Source: Balanoglossus misakiensis (Eukaryota > Animalia > Hemichordata). Taken from it: DNA of 64,000 nucleotides. How positions within the stretch are numbered: position 1 is the stretch's first letter; every line of letters begins with the position of its first letter. Shown piece after piece: positions 1 through 11,125 of this stretch. The notes beneath the pieces were generated by a model. It was not told the origin of the DNA, did no database searches, and saw only the letters and a program-made list of their open reading frames with translations. The DNA lies in contig CM082576.2 in NCBI GenBank assembly GCA_040954595.2, positions 18,585,028-18,649,027 on the forward strand, given 5' to 3'. A program made the position numbers and the translations under genes.

Positions 1-74
1 TTTACGTCTGCAGTGAAAAATGGGAATCACTTTCGTAATTTATCCAGCTAACATGGTTTTTTATTGCACAACAG

Positions 75-123
75 AGTTGCAGACCAGGATTTAAGTTGCA
101 CAGAAATCAACATACATGTGTTG
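75..123 (+). CDS. Probable exon fragment encoding the C-terminal half of an EGF-like domain (SCRPGFKLHRNQHTCV)
   Basis: Acceptor ttttttattgcacaacag ends at 74; the frame from 75 reads S-C-R-P-G-F-K-L-H-R-N-Q-H-T-C-V-(G), followed by a phase-1 donor gtgagt at 124. C-x-P-G-F-x-L-x6-C with a phase-1 boundary is typical of cEGF/Ca-EGF modules. No partner exon identified in the window. Confidence 0.45.
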
Positions 124-268
124 GTGAGTATCTACAATTTGGAGAGAAAGTAAGATGTATGGGTTTGTACAATGTAAGTGTCTTATACATGTATATTTGA
201 CACTGAAATCATATATTGTACAATCAGTCATTGGTAAATGTCTGCTATTCATGACACAAATAAAAAAA

Positions 269-476
269 CAGTCAAACCTGTGTGAGTGGCCACCTCTATT
301 AGGCAGCCACCTCTATATAGTGGCCACTTTCTTCTAGTCCCTATGCAATTTACATCTACATTAATTGACTTTTCTACAAGGTATAATTTCTACAAGGTAT
401 AATGGCCACCTATCTATAAAGGCCAGTTTAGAAAAGTCCCTTCACTAGCCACAATAGACACTTGTGTTGATTTCTG
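269..476. mobile_element. Degenerate Tc1/mariner(pogo)-type MITE
   Basis: Starts CAGTCAAACCTG, has internal GGCCACCT(C)TAT sub-repeats and a decayed right end ...ttgatttctgTA; same left terminus as the 911-1080 element. Confidence 0.4.
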
Positions 477-910
477 TATGTTTTACGTGTAACACAATCA
501 GGACATTTTTCATAAAGAGGGCAGCCTTCCAAAATAAAGTGTCATCTCAATGCAGACAATGTGAAAAAGGCGGTCAGTAGAGTACTGCTCGAGCTCATCT
601 AGTTTGTTGTATACATGATACATGTACAAGTTGTGTGTAAAACTGACCTTACAATAAAATGTGGCTGTCCAAGTACATAAGTTTCAACTATAGTGTTGAT
701 ACAAAAGACAATCAAGTTTTTACTTTGTGACCAACTTGCCTCGTGTTCGTGTCGTGGAAGGGTAACATGACTGCATAGCAATGTTTTATTAAAATTTTGT
801 ACATAGAGAAATGGACTACTGGGAACTATGTAAATGATGCCCTGAGCCTAAAAATTCTGACTGTCTGCAATTATAGTTTTAGCATTTTTGTTCAATTGCA
901 CTTTCAAGTA

Positions 911-1080
911 CAGTCAAACCCGTCTAACACCAAAGGGACTGAAGAAATTGTTCAGATTGCAGGTGTCCAATTTAAAGAGGTTCTTTCAACATGTGGTTCT
1001 ATGTCAAAAGGTTTGAACAATGTCTTTGAAATAGACATGTTTCCAGATTAGACAGGGTTCGGTTGAGACAGGTTTTACTG
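911..1080. mobile_element. Tc1/mariner(pogo)-type MITE
   Basis: TA|CAGTCAAACCCGTCT ... AGACAGGTTTTACTG|TA: imperfect TIRs with a TA target duplication, no coding capacity. Confidence 0.65.
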
Positions 1081-2227
1081 TATTTTGATACATGCTCTGG
1101 CTTAACCCTTTCACCAACATGGTTCAGTCTAAACCCTTTATTTTCTATGGTAAGGCTGGATCTTTAAAGAGGAAACTGTTTTTTTTCTGGGAATCTCTTT
1201 ATTTCTTCTGTCACAAAAATTGCATGGGAGTTCTAATTCTAAAAGGAAAACTGATTTCATAAAAGATCTCAAAGTCAAGTTTTGGATGTGGCTCCATTTC
1301 AAGTATTGTAGGTGACTAGTTTTCCGGAGTTCAAGTCTTTATACTTGCAGTAGAGTTGGTCACATGTACTTGGGTAATCTGAGTGTGGTCAGAAATTGAA
1401 CTTACACACATTGAGTTGAGTTAAGAATATGTCTGGTGTATTACTGTAATATGACTAGATACAGCAAATGCATTAACTATAAGCGTATGTTAAAATACAC
1501 AGTTTCCATGGACAAATCTGAGTGATGAAATTAAATACACATGTTCATTAAATCCCACCATGATAGAGCGCCCCCACTGTTCAGAATGTCCATTTTGAAG
1601 TCCTACATATATGATGTCATGCCTAGCTGTCAATGTTAACTGATGTGTACTTGTACTACTAGTAAATGGAAGTACTTTAAAGTAAAGCTCAGATGCAAGG
1701 TTTTGTAAAATAAATATAATATTAAAACGTTGCCATCATTTTAGCCATTTTGAACAGCGGTCCAATTGACTAATGTGATCACTCTGTATGCGGCATATGG
1801 CATATTAAGCATTTAGTATTTTTCAATCAGAAGCCGTTAATCCTGTGATTAATTCTGCTTCTTGCAGCATTGATTTTAAATCACCACACATGAATAATTT
1901 TGTCCAAAGGACTGCGGTGCCCAAGTGTTTATGATAAGATAAACAAACGGTGAAATTCACTGAAGAAGTGAGCGAGCACTTGCCCATTCATTGTTCAATG
2001 AAAGGTGACCACCAAAACAAAAGTATTGAGAAAATAACCCGAAGTTGGAGTTACTGAGTTTTAAATTGATTTCAAGTGAAAAGCTTGGATTGGCTGAAGC
2101 TCCTGTAGTCAGTTACCTGTAGGTAGATTGACACACATGACAATGTTTGACTGTTTACACTTTTCTTTGTTTGATCTTTCAGAGGAATATTCAAGCACTG
2201 CAGAAGAATCTAGAGATGGCACAGAAA

Positions 2228-3728
2228 ATTAAAGCTGCAAGCAGCATTGTCCGGGCCCAAGCTCTATTATCTGATCAGATTATTAGATATGCACATAATT
2301 AATGAGTAGAAACATAATGCTGTGTTTTATCCCATGAAATATCAAGGTTATATCTATGTTTGGTGCTGATATAGTGTTAAGTAGGTCAAAGGTCATCTGA
2401 GGTCACCCAAAATTTGGGCAGAAAATTTTGACCCATAGTGGTCCATGTCCAACAAAAACCAGACCTCTAGCCCTTTTGGTTAGCCCGGAATTAGGTATGC
2501 ACATAAATAATGAGTAAAGCAGGTGTCACAGGTGACCCAAAACTTTGGCTTTTCATTATTGCCCCATACCTCCAAACGCCAAGGCTGTATCTGCTGTGGA
2601 TGTCGAGATATGCAAAAGTAGGTCAAAGGTCACCCGAGGTCACCCAACATTTGGGCAAAAAAATTTGACCCCATACTGGTCCATGTCCAACAAAAACCAA
2701 ACCTCTAGCTCAATTGGTTCGCCTGTAATTAGCTATGCACATAATTAATGAGGTCAGCAGAGGTCAAATGGGTCATGAAAAGTAGCAAAATATTTTGATC
2801 ACACACTAATCCACATGCATCAAAAACAAAACGTCTAGCCCTATAGGTTAGCCTGGAAATAGATATGCAGAAATAATAATGTGTGAAAAGTAGGTCAAAG
2901 GTCATGTGAAAAATCGCCAAAAATTTGTAACATATTGTAGTCATATGACAATTGATATCCATAAAAAGAATTTGTATGCTATTAATTTTTATACTAGAAA
3001 AAGGAATTTTAATTATTCACTGCTTTTTACAAAATCCAATATGGCCGCCATAATCTTTGACCAATCACATTCCTCTTCGCAAACTTGATAGACATCTGTT
3101 TAATGACCACACACACCAAATCTTGCGACTCGGTTATCGCCGGTTCTTGAGAAGAAGATTTTTGAAATTTTACTAGGGTTTTTCGAAAATCCAATATGGC
3201 CGCCATAATCTTCGACCAATCACAATGATCTTCGCAAACTTGATAGACATCAGTTAGGTGACCACATACCCCAAACCCCGTGTCTCGGTTATCACCGGTT
3301 CTGGAGAAGAAGATTTTTGAAATTTAAGTCAGATTTCAGAAAAAAAATTGTAGCAAAAAAACTGCAACTTTGTCAGCATAATTTCCAATTACAAAAATGA
3401 TTGACAGACGGTAGTCTACCTGCACGCCAAATTTGAAGTTGATCTGACTTGTAGTTTCTGAGATCTGAGATTTGCATTTTTTCAGAAAATCCAAGATGGC
3501 CGCCAGGTCATGTGACTAATTAAAAATTCATGGGTTCAATGCACGACTACTCATTGACCTTGACCACTGTAGCAAGTTTGAGAACTGTACCTGCAGTGGT
3601 GTCTGAGATCTAGAGCGACAAAGAATTGACAGAAGAATAAAGAAAGAAGAAAGAAAGAAAGAAGGAAAGACAGAAAAACCCCAACGAAACCAATAGGGCC
3701 CAAGCGCTGGCTTGCGCTTGGGCCCTAA
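2228..3728 (-). mobile_element. Full-length non-autonomous Helentron-associated element (HINE/DINE-1-like)
   Basis: Read on the minus strand: 5' TT, 14-bp perfect hairpin (3694-3727, TAGGGCCCAAGCGC/GCGCTTGGGCCCTA), (TTTC)n-like microsatellite (~3630-3675), ~156-bp internal tandem unit (3031/3187), 3' subTIR (GGGCCCAAGC at 2253-2262 on +) and terminal stem-loop GCTGC-TT-GCAGC-TTTAAT; inserted in a T-run. Near-identical segments occur at 38.3-40.7 kb. Confidence 0.8.
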
Positions 3729-4230
3729 AAAGAACTTGAATTGAAACAACAGCAAGATCAACATGCCAGACAAAGTCCACTCATAGCACAAAGACAACAA
3801 CATCAACAACAACAGCAATTACAAAGGTTACAACAACAGAGAGCCCAACAAAAACAACAACAACAAGCAGTGCAAGCACAGCCATCCAATATACAATCAA
3901 CAAATCAACAACTAAGTCACCTCTTACAAGTAAGTTGTCATAATAATGTGTACAGTGAATATTTTGAAAACCAAGACTGGTACCAGTGGCACTTCTGGGA
4001 ATTGTTATGTGGGGAAAAATAAAATCAGTTTTCTCAAAAAGGAGCTTTCTTGATGGTACAAATAACATTGGTCTGTGCCATTCCCAAAATTATTTTAATG
4101 TATTGAAGACCTGAAAGTCACACAGAATAAATTCAATGCACTATTTGCCCAACATGACAACTTTTCCCCACACAGATTTAGACGTGGTGGGTATGGCCGA
4201 TTTGCCTCAAATACACACCACATCTATTAA

Positions 4231-5722
4231 CACTTTCACTGCGTAGTTAATATATGCTAATGTATTCCTGTGCGTAGTTTCCTATGGTAAATTTAACTAA
4301 TAAACAATGTTTTACTTTACCCTCTCTATCTCTTGTAATATGAAAGTATATGCAATGATATTTCCAGCAAGTATATTTTATAAGACAACCAACATAATAA
4401 AACTGAAAAATGGTCACATGACCATTAATTGGTCATGTGGCAGCCATAATGGATTTCTGTCGAAATATGGTAAAAACAACAGATATTGTAATATAAGTGA
4501 CTGAAATACTGTATTTAATTCATTGTATCACAGCTGACAGACAAACATAGTCAAAAACAACTTCCCCCTGTATAAAAGGGAATAACAAGTGACTTTTGAG
4601 CAAGAAATTTGATCAAATTTATTAATGGACCATAAAAACAATTATCAAATCATGCCCACCATTTACATGTATACATGTTTAAAATCTGAGAAAGAAATAT
4701 AGATTATTAGTGAAAGGGTGAATGATTGAACTTGTAAATAAATGATAATAATAAAATAAATTAATTAAGTAATTTATTAAATACTCTACGTTTTAATGAA
4801 TTGCAAGTTGAAGAAATCAAGGTTGGTAAATATGAATATACACACATTTAAAAAAAATTCATTAGCATAGTACTGTTTTGGCAATTCATTTCAAATGGAT
4901 ATAATACTCTGACAACATAGACTTCTGGCAAAGTCCCATCAAGATTTGCAAAGAAACCTACGCCTTCATTTAATTCAGTGAAGTAGGCATCTAGCGAAAT
5001 CTTGACCGTAAGGGCAACTCATCAATTGCAGGGTTGTCAAAAAATTGTGCGGTGTACATATCAGTTTGCTCTGACAATGACATCAACTCAAACACATCAC
5101 CAGGAAAGAACAGCTGAAAAAAGTCAACCGGTGCAAAGTCATCAGTGTCAACTAATAAACCTTAGCGACGATCGTATACAGACAACCAGTCCGGTGTGTA
5201 ATTGTCATTTACGTCATACAAAACCCACCGCGTGTCACCATCAACGTTACGACGTCCGAGAACATGACAAAAACCCTCCCTCTCTCTCTGTCTCTACTCT
5301 GTTGTCTCCGTGTCTGGCTTCTATTTCTGGTTCTATGATGTTGTTGTCCGTAATTTGGCTTCCGCTATCGCTATGATCGCTGTCACTATCCTGAAAGACT
5401 TATTCAAGAACTTCGTCGGCATCAAACTTTGCCCATGTCGCCATTTTTAAATACCAAGTGAATGAAAAAATATGATCGGGGCGACCTAAAATCAGCTGTT
5501 TAAGGAAACCCTTTGATGACAAAATCGACTTGATTGTTTACAATACATATGCGCATGCTCAATTAGGGTTGACCCCTGTCCTATATATAGTCATACAAAA
5601 TGAGTAAATAAGCAACGAACATAAAATAGAACAGACCAAGTAACGGACGCGATCTTGGCGCATTTATGCGCCTCCCGCATTCTGACTGCCGGCGCAGAAA
5701 ATGCCCTCCCGCAGCGAAAGTG
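4231..5722 (-). mobile_element. Internally deleted piggyBac DNA transposon
   Basis: TTAA|CACTTTCACTGCG ... CGCAGCGAAAGTG|TTAA (TIRs 12/13 identical, TTAA duplications at 4227-4230 and 5723-5726); contains a transposase remnant on the minus strand. Confidence 0.85.
4901..5444 (-). pseudogene. piggyBac transposase N-terminal remnant (PGBD / DDE_Tnp_1_7-like)
   Basis: Manual translation: MATWAKFDADEVLE*VFQDSDSDHSDS... (acidic N-terminus) and, downstream, DFAPVDFFQLFFPGDVFELMSLSEQTDMYTAQFF...RSRFR*MPTSLN*MKA*VSLQILMGLCQK..SEYY, matching the P-x-DFF-x-LFF...ETN-x-YA...W-x-PT...EMKA...MGL...YW pattern; several stop codons. Confidence 0.8.
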
Positions 5723-6477
5723 TTAATATTCATGAGTTTACTTTTCTTGTTTACGTACACTACTATAACAATTGGAAATCTAGAGAATGTCTATTTCATC
5801 AAGTTGACAACCCCCACATGTGTAAGTCATGTACATAAACAAAAATAGTCTGGTGTGTGGAGCCTCCTCCCTTTTTGAAATACTTTTTTATGCAATCAGT
5901 CCAAACTCATGATCAGTCCAACCTGTTCAGTTTTAGTGTGGGGAAAAGCTGGAATGAAAGCAGACCTAAATTACAGACAACGAAATACAACAAATCTTGT
6001 CTCATTCTTATTTTCAATTCCTCTAGTTTTTCCATGGTACCAGTGTGGAAGCACTGATGATAAACTGTGGCAGACAGTTTTAAATGACGACAATCATCTT
6101 ACTCTTATGTACATATGCGTTAATTTTGTGTGTACAAAATAACGTCCAATCCAAATATCTGCAAATTTTATGTGCGTGCATTCATATAGTGGACTGCCTT
6201 CGCTTCCTTCTATATTTCTTGCACGCCATATAAGAAGAATTTAGTTTTGACTCTTCTTTTCACTCAATTTGCTGTCTTTTCCTAATCTATGACACAGACT
6301 ATGGTTGCCGCCACCTTGTCTGTTGTTAAGACAGCACTTGTGGCATAGATAAAAAAATTATAACTAGAGTCTCTGCTTTGGCAAGTGTGCGTTAGACGAT
6401 CAATACCCTTTAACAAAACTCTGCTTAGAATTCAAATCATATTCTTTTCAAAATGTCAGCATCTGATTACATAGTGA

Positions 6478-6720
6478 ATTAAAGCTGCAAGCAGTGTTCA
6501 CTAGGCCCAAGCAATTCCCAGGGTTCCTACAGAATGCCAAGGATTATCTGCTGTGGATACCCACAATTTTGTCAAAAAGTTTTGATCCTAAACTGATCTA
6601 TGTCCTACAAAATCGAAACTTCTAGATCTATTGGTTAGCCTAGAATTAGGAGTGTACATAATTAATTAGGTCAACGGGGGTCCTGAAACTAACCATCAAA
6701 TTTTAGACACAGCTTAAATC
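6478..6720 (-). mobile_element. Degenerate 3'-end fragment of the same HINE family
   Basis: ATTAAAGCTGCAAGCAG...AGGCCCAAGC terminus plus downstream motifs (ggttagcctagaattagg, cataattaattaggtca) shared with 2228-2760. Confidence 0.65.
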
Positions 6721-7650
6721 AATTTCCCATTGTACAGTTACTATATGCCGCCCTAAATTTCAGTCTGATTGACAAATGTGAAGAAAATTAAAAAGAGATG
6801 TCGTCTGATACATTGCCATTTTCTGTGAAGTGACTTTAAAAGAAAACTGTTTTGTTTGTATTCAACTGCAGCAGCAACAACAAGCCAGCAGAACACAAGC
6901 AACCATTCCACCACCAAAACAACAAACAGCAGCAACAAAACAAACATGGCAACAACAACAACAACAGCAGCAGTTATCACAACAACAACAACAACAACAA
7001 CAGCTGTAACTAGGACAACAGCCAAGGCCGCGACCAAAGGTACCTCAGATGGGCTTGGCACCCAGCTTGCAACAAACACAGCAACAATCAAGTAGTACTC
7101 TGCTGGCTGATGACCGGAGATTTTTTGATATTCTGAATCAATAAATTTATACAGGAAACTGACTATAATGAACAGGAGACTGTTCATGCCTTTATTACCA
7201 TTGTAACTTCTATATACTAAATGAAACACAGATGCCCAAAGAAATGTCAAAAATTTCTCAAGGTATGCGGGAATTTTCAAATATTCCAGACAGTCGAGTG
7301 TTGGGGATTTGGAATATTTATCACTCTCATTTACTGTATACAGACATATCCATTCCAAAGCTATCACCTCCACTCATTCTTCAGTGTTCCTTGATTTAAA
7401 AAAAAATAATTTCGAAACAGATCAAATAACACGAAATTGTTATTCCAGTGTAGTAACAGAATATACTCGGTCTGTACTAATTCTTGCATTAGCTTTACAT
7501 TGTTTCCATCACAATGCCCTATTTCAATATAACCATATTTGTATGCCGGGCAGATGTAACCAGTTGTCAATGTCTATTGTAATACAAAGTCTGCCATACA
7601 CAAAGCAACTGTGCATTGTCTTCTGGTGTGAAAAAAGATACTTAGGATGT

Positions 7651-7857
7651 ATGTAAAATGGGAAATTTTCATGAGAGATAAATTCGCCCGAATCATGCAA
7701 GTGCTAAAAAAACACGAAAACTAAAAAGTCGCGTAAACATGTTTTTCAGAAATAATGATGAATTGAAATTCGAGAATGCGATAATTAATCGTTGCATAAC
7801 AGTTGCCACATTTGATATTATGAAAATTTCCCGTTGCGAAAATTTCATGTTTTACAG
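7651..7857. mobile_element. Degenerate mariner-type MITE
   Basis: Left tgtaaaatgggaaattttc vs right gaaaatttcatgttttacag|ta; imperfect inverted ends. Confidence 0.4.
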
Positions 7858-8232
7858 TATATAGCCATATTTTTTCCACTTCCAAAACTAACATCAAGAG
7901 TCATGCATGCCACTGGCCCAATAAAGCCTGATAGCTCTTGCTGGGAATTGTGATGTAACTAGCATCCCCCTTAAAGTCACTGACATTAACTGAACAATGG
8001 CGATTGTGTGTAAGGTTATAGTAAAGGCAAGGCTAATTTAAATTTAAAATGGTACCAATCCTTAATCACACATATGTATCCTTTGACCAATCATTGGAAA
8101 AACAAAGTCCGTGATTGACTTCAAAGGGATGCTAATTACATCACGATTCCCTGCAAGGGATATTATGCTTTATTTGGCCAGTGGCATGCATAGTTTTTTG
8201 AAAGCAAAGCAGATAAAATACAGCTATATACT
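7856..8232. mobile_element. Foldback MITE with ~120-bp terminal inverted repeats
   Basis: 7856-7980 (agtatatagc...atgcatgccactggcccaataaagc...tgatgtaactagcatccc...aagtca) is the diverged reverse complement of ~8115-8232. Confidence 0.75.
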
Positions 8233-10257
8233 AGACTAATACCTTATTAACTCCTGATCATTGGAGAATGTATCTCTAAAGTTACTCTCTATCGCTCCCT
8301 CAGGGAAGAGAGCAGTAGACAGCTCTTTGAGTGTCAGAACTTCCAGTTGTATACCAATCATTTGTATTACCCAATCACAGACTTTGTGTTATTGGTCATT
8401 TATCTATCCAATTGAAACTCATGTGGTCATTGGAGCATTACACCAAAGAAGTCACACTATAACAGTGACAATACAACACTTGCAAAAACATGGATTGCTC
8501 AGGTCAGCCTATCTGGTTCCAGATTATCTGTGACCCAACTAATGCAGCTATAATGAATGTGTTTGGTTATATACAGAGATTTGTAGATTGTATAAGACGT
8601 GTTAATATCACACTCTAGCATGGGGCAATGTATATTTATCTTGTGAAAGCCACAAAGTCACTAGCTCTTGATGTTCATTTTCTATTTTTGTTGTTGAATA
8701 ATTTATTATGAAATTAGATTGAAGCTGAACTCACGACATATGTGTGGACATAACACGTTTATACGTCCATGTCATAATTTTTGTTAAAGCCAAACAATTA
8801 AATATCACCATTATAACAAAATTAACAACAATGTAACCCCGGGGCTGTCACTTTTTTGAATGGATACCGATCCAGAGTTAATGTTTCATTGGAAAGTCTA
8901 ACAGTGTTTTGAAATGTCACATTGTAATTTGAAAGTTTGGGCTTGGGCAGTGACAATGACATTGTTTGTGTACACAATTTGAAATGGAGCTCTATGAAAA
9001 GAGAAAAGTGGTGTGTGGAAAAGAATGAAGTCTTTGGGCTTATATCAGGTGCCTTCATTTGACTCTCAAGGAGAGTTTTGTAAAACAATTAACTTGTTGT
9101 GTGTCAGCATTATTGGGAAAGATTAAGCACACACATGTATACAGGTTAGATTATAATGGAAAATCACCATCAGCCTTTTTCTTAGCACTCTCACCTTTCA
9201 CCCCCAGTTCCCTGTGTAGACATCCAACTTTTCCAACAGAAACAATGGATTTGGACAGAACCATTAGTTCATTTGAATACCGGTATGTATGTAATATGTG
9301 TATTTATAACATACATCATGCTAACACTGTGTCATGATTCACCAGAATCCGTCACGTGATAAGAAAATAGAATCGACTATGAATCCTCTAGGGAAATAGC
9401 AGAAAATATATAAACTGGTCACGTGACCAACAGGATATAAAAGAATCCCATGCATATACTTTGTCAGTTCACCTCTGTAGCCAGACTGGCCATACATATG
9501 AACTGATGATGTCCCTGTTATAGGCATATGTCTTGTGAAACATATAAACCACTTTGGTGTGTTTTGTGTTTGGTGAACAGCGTGACAAGCATGTTAGAAT
9601 CAAACTATTACATGCATGTTAAGAAATATAGTCTGTTATATGGAAGTGACCATAGTTGCCATATTATTAAAATCACATTTTTAATATCAATATTCACATG
9701 TCATTGCTTTCTACGTTTCTTGAATTTCCTATCATTTTATGTTAACAAAAACAAGAGCCTTCTGTGACAACTTTCGAAAATATTTCATGTAATCAGCCAT
9801 TCATTTTATGTGTGTGTGAATAATGACCCCATGAGGCTGTAGAATCATGTATAGTGCTGAAGGGGACGCCATCCATAGCTTTCATATTGCATAAGATGCT
9901 AAGTTGGTATTTTCCACATATTGCTTTTTTGTACTGAGAGTTCTGTATGTTACACAGTCCTTAAGAAGAGCTTTTGACAAACATTTCATTGTACTTTCAA
10001 GACTGCTACAGTATTTAGATATTATATGCAGTATTAGGAAGAAATATCTTTAATATTTTTATTCTAACAATTTTCCCATCATGCTAAACAAGTAGACAGA
10101 AATGTCATGTTAGGATTTTTGCATACATAAAATAAATATTCTGACAAAATAAGTGCTTTTGTGTGTCTCTTTGATTTCAGGTGAGGATCAGTATTTGTTG
10201 TTGCTTTTTCCAGCGTAGATTCCAATCAGAAGACAATTGTGATGAACAGTATGTTCT

Positions 10258-11115
10258 GTTTGATTGGGACCTTATGAGATTGGTTGCATCTGTATGGATG
10301 TATGGGTGTATGTCCGTCCACATCAAAAACTTGAAAACCGCTGCGCGTACAACCTCGATATTTGTTGTGTAGATGCATACCGGGCTGTAGATGGGAGTTT
10401 GTTCAAACAAAGTTGTCATTGCCCAAAATATGTAAATTATCAGGGAAAAACCTAAATTTGGTCAAAACTCAGAAAATCAACAACCACTGGTCATAATGAT
10501 TCTGTATGTTTTGAGCTAATACTGTGAATTTTCCATTTTTATGCATATTTTGTCTTTTTCCACATATTTGGTAATAAAACCTACTTTCTGGAATTAATCA
10601 GCCCACCGCTTTGAAATTTAGTATGGAGCTTCATATAGGTGATCTGAGATACTAAAGTTTTGTTTAAATTGCTGCAAAATTTGCATAATTATAATTTTGG
10701 AGCAATTTTTACATTTTTGATCATTTTTTTCATGTAAAACCGCTCGTAAGATCGCTTTGGAAATTTGCATGCATGTTCAAATCAACTTGAAGAATTCAAT
10801 AGTATATTTTTGTGGTGATTTTAACCATTTTTGTTCAAAATTCATTCTCAGAACCCTCTACTCCATTGCTTTCAAATTTGATTTAAAGGTTCCTTCCTGA
10901 GTTGTCATGATAATTTACAAAACCAATGATGAAAGTGTCAATCTTTTGTGTGGGCAATATCTTGTATTTTGGGGGCATATTTTCCAATTTTGAAAAATTA
11001 TATTTCCCAGAAAGTGTAAGGCTGATTACTTTAAAATTTAAGTTAATAGGATTGGCTTATTTAGAATTATAATGGAATCAAATTATAGGTAATTCAAAAC
11101 TTTTATATTTTGTAG
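10258..11115 (+). mobile_element. Old HINE-like repeat, 5' part (different family)
   Basis: (GTAT/GTCC)-type microsatellite near the start (10291-10320) followed by degenerate internal units containing gctttgaaattt/gctttcaaattt; similar units resume at ~14580-15130. Confidence 0.4.
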
Positions 11116-11125
11116 GATATTTTGT

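Larger units (their letters stand above)
2183..7144 (+). pseudogene. 3' part of a disrupted Q-rich protein gene (exon 2183-2227 + 3729-3929, split by a HINE; terminal exon 6872-7144 with in-frame TAA at 7007)
   Basis: Acceptor ttttctttgtttgatctttcag at 2182, then RNIQALQKNLEMAQK; after the insertion the same frame resumes KELELKQQQDQHARQ...QQLSHLLQ up to a phase-0 donor gtaagt at 3930. Phase-0 acceptor ttcaactgcag at 6871, then QQQQASRTQATIPPPKQQ...QQQL*LGQQPRPRPKVPQMGLAPSLQQTQQQSSSTLLADDRRFFDILNQ* (stop 7142-7144). Product identity not established. Confidence 0.65.

Noticed and set aside
2229-2245. Kolobok/piggyBac assignment from the TTAA-AG terminus
   Set aside because: The opposite end is not a terminal inverted repeat and has no TTAA; asymmetric subTIRs with hairpins fit Helentron/HINE.
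6856-7095. Thr-rich mucin-like ORF
   Set aside because: Alternative frame of the CAA repeat; the acceptor at 6871 is phase-compatible with the upstream exon only in the Gln frame. Not fully excluded without transcripts.
6753-7373. 206-aa Val-rich minus-strand ORF (also 3781-4068 and 3528-3818)
   Set aside because: Antisense reading of CAA repeats; splice signals support the plus strand.
9240-9282. 43-nt candidate exon (ccaacag...gtatgt)
   Set aside because: Splice-like ends, but no recognisable peptide or linked exons.
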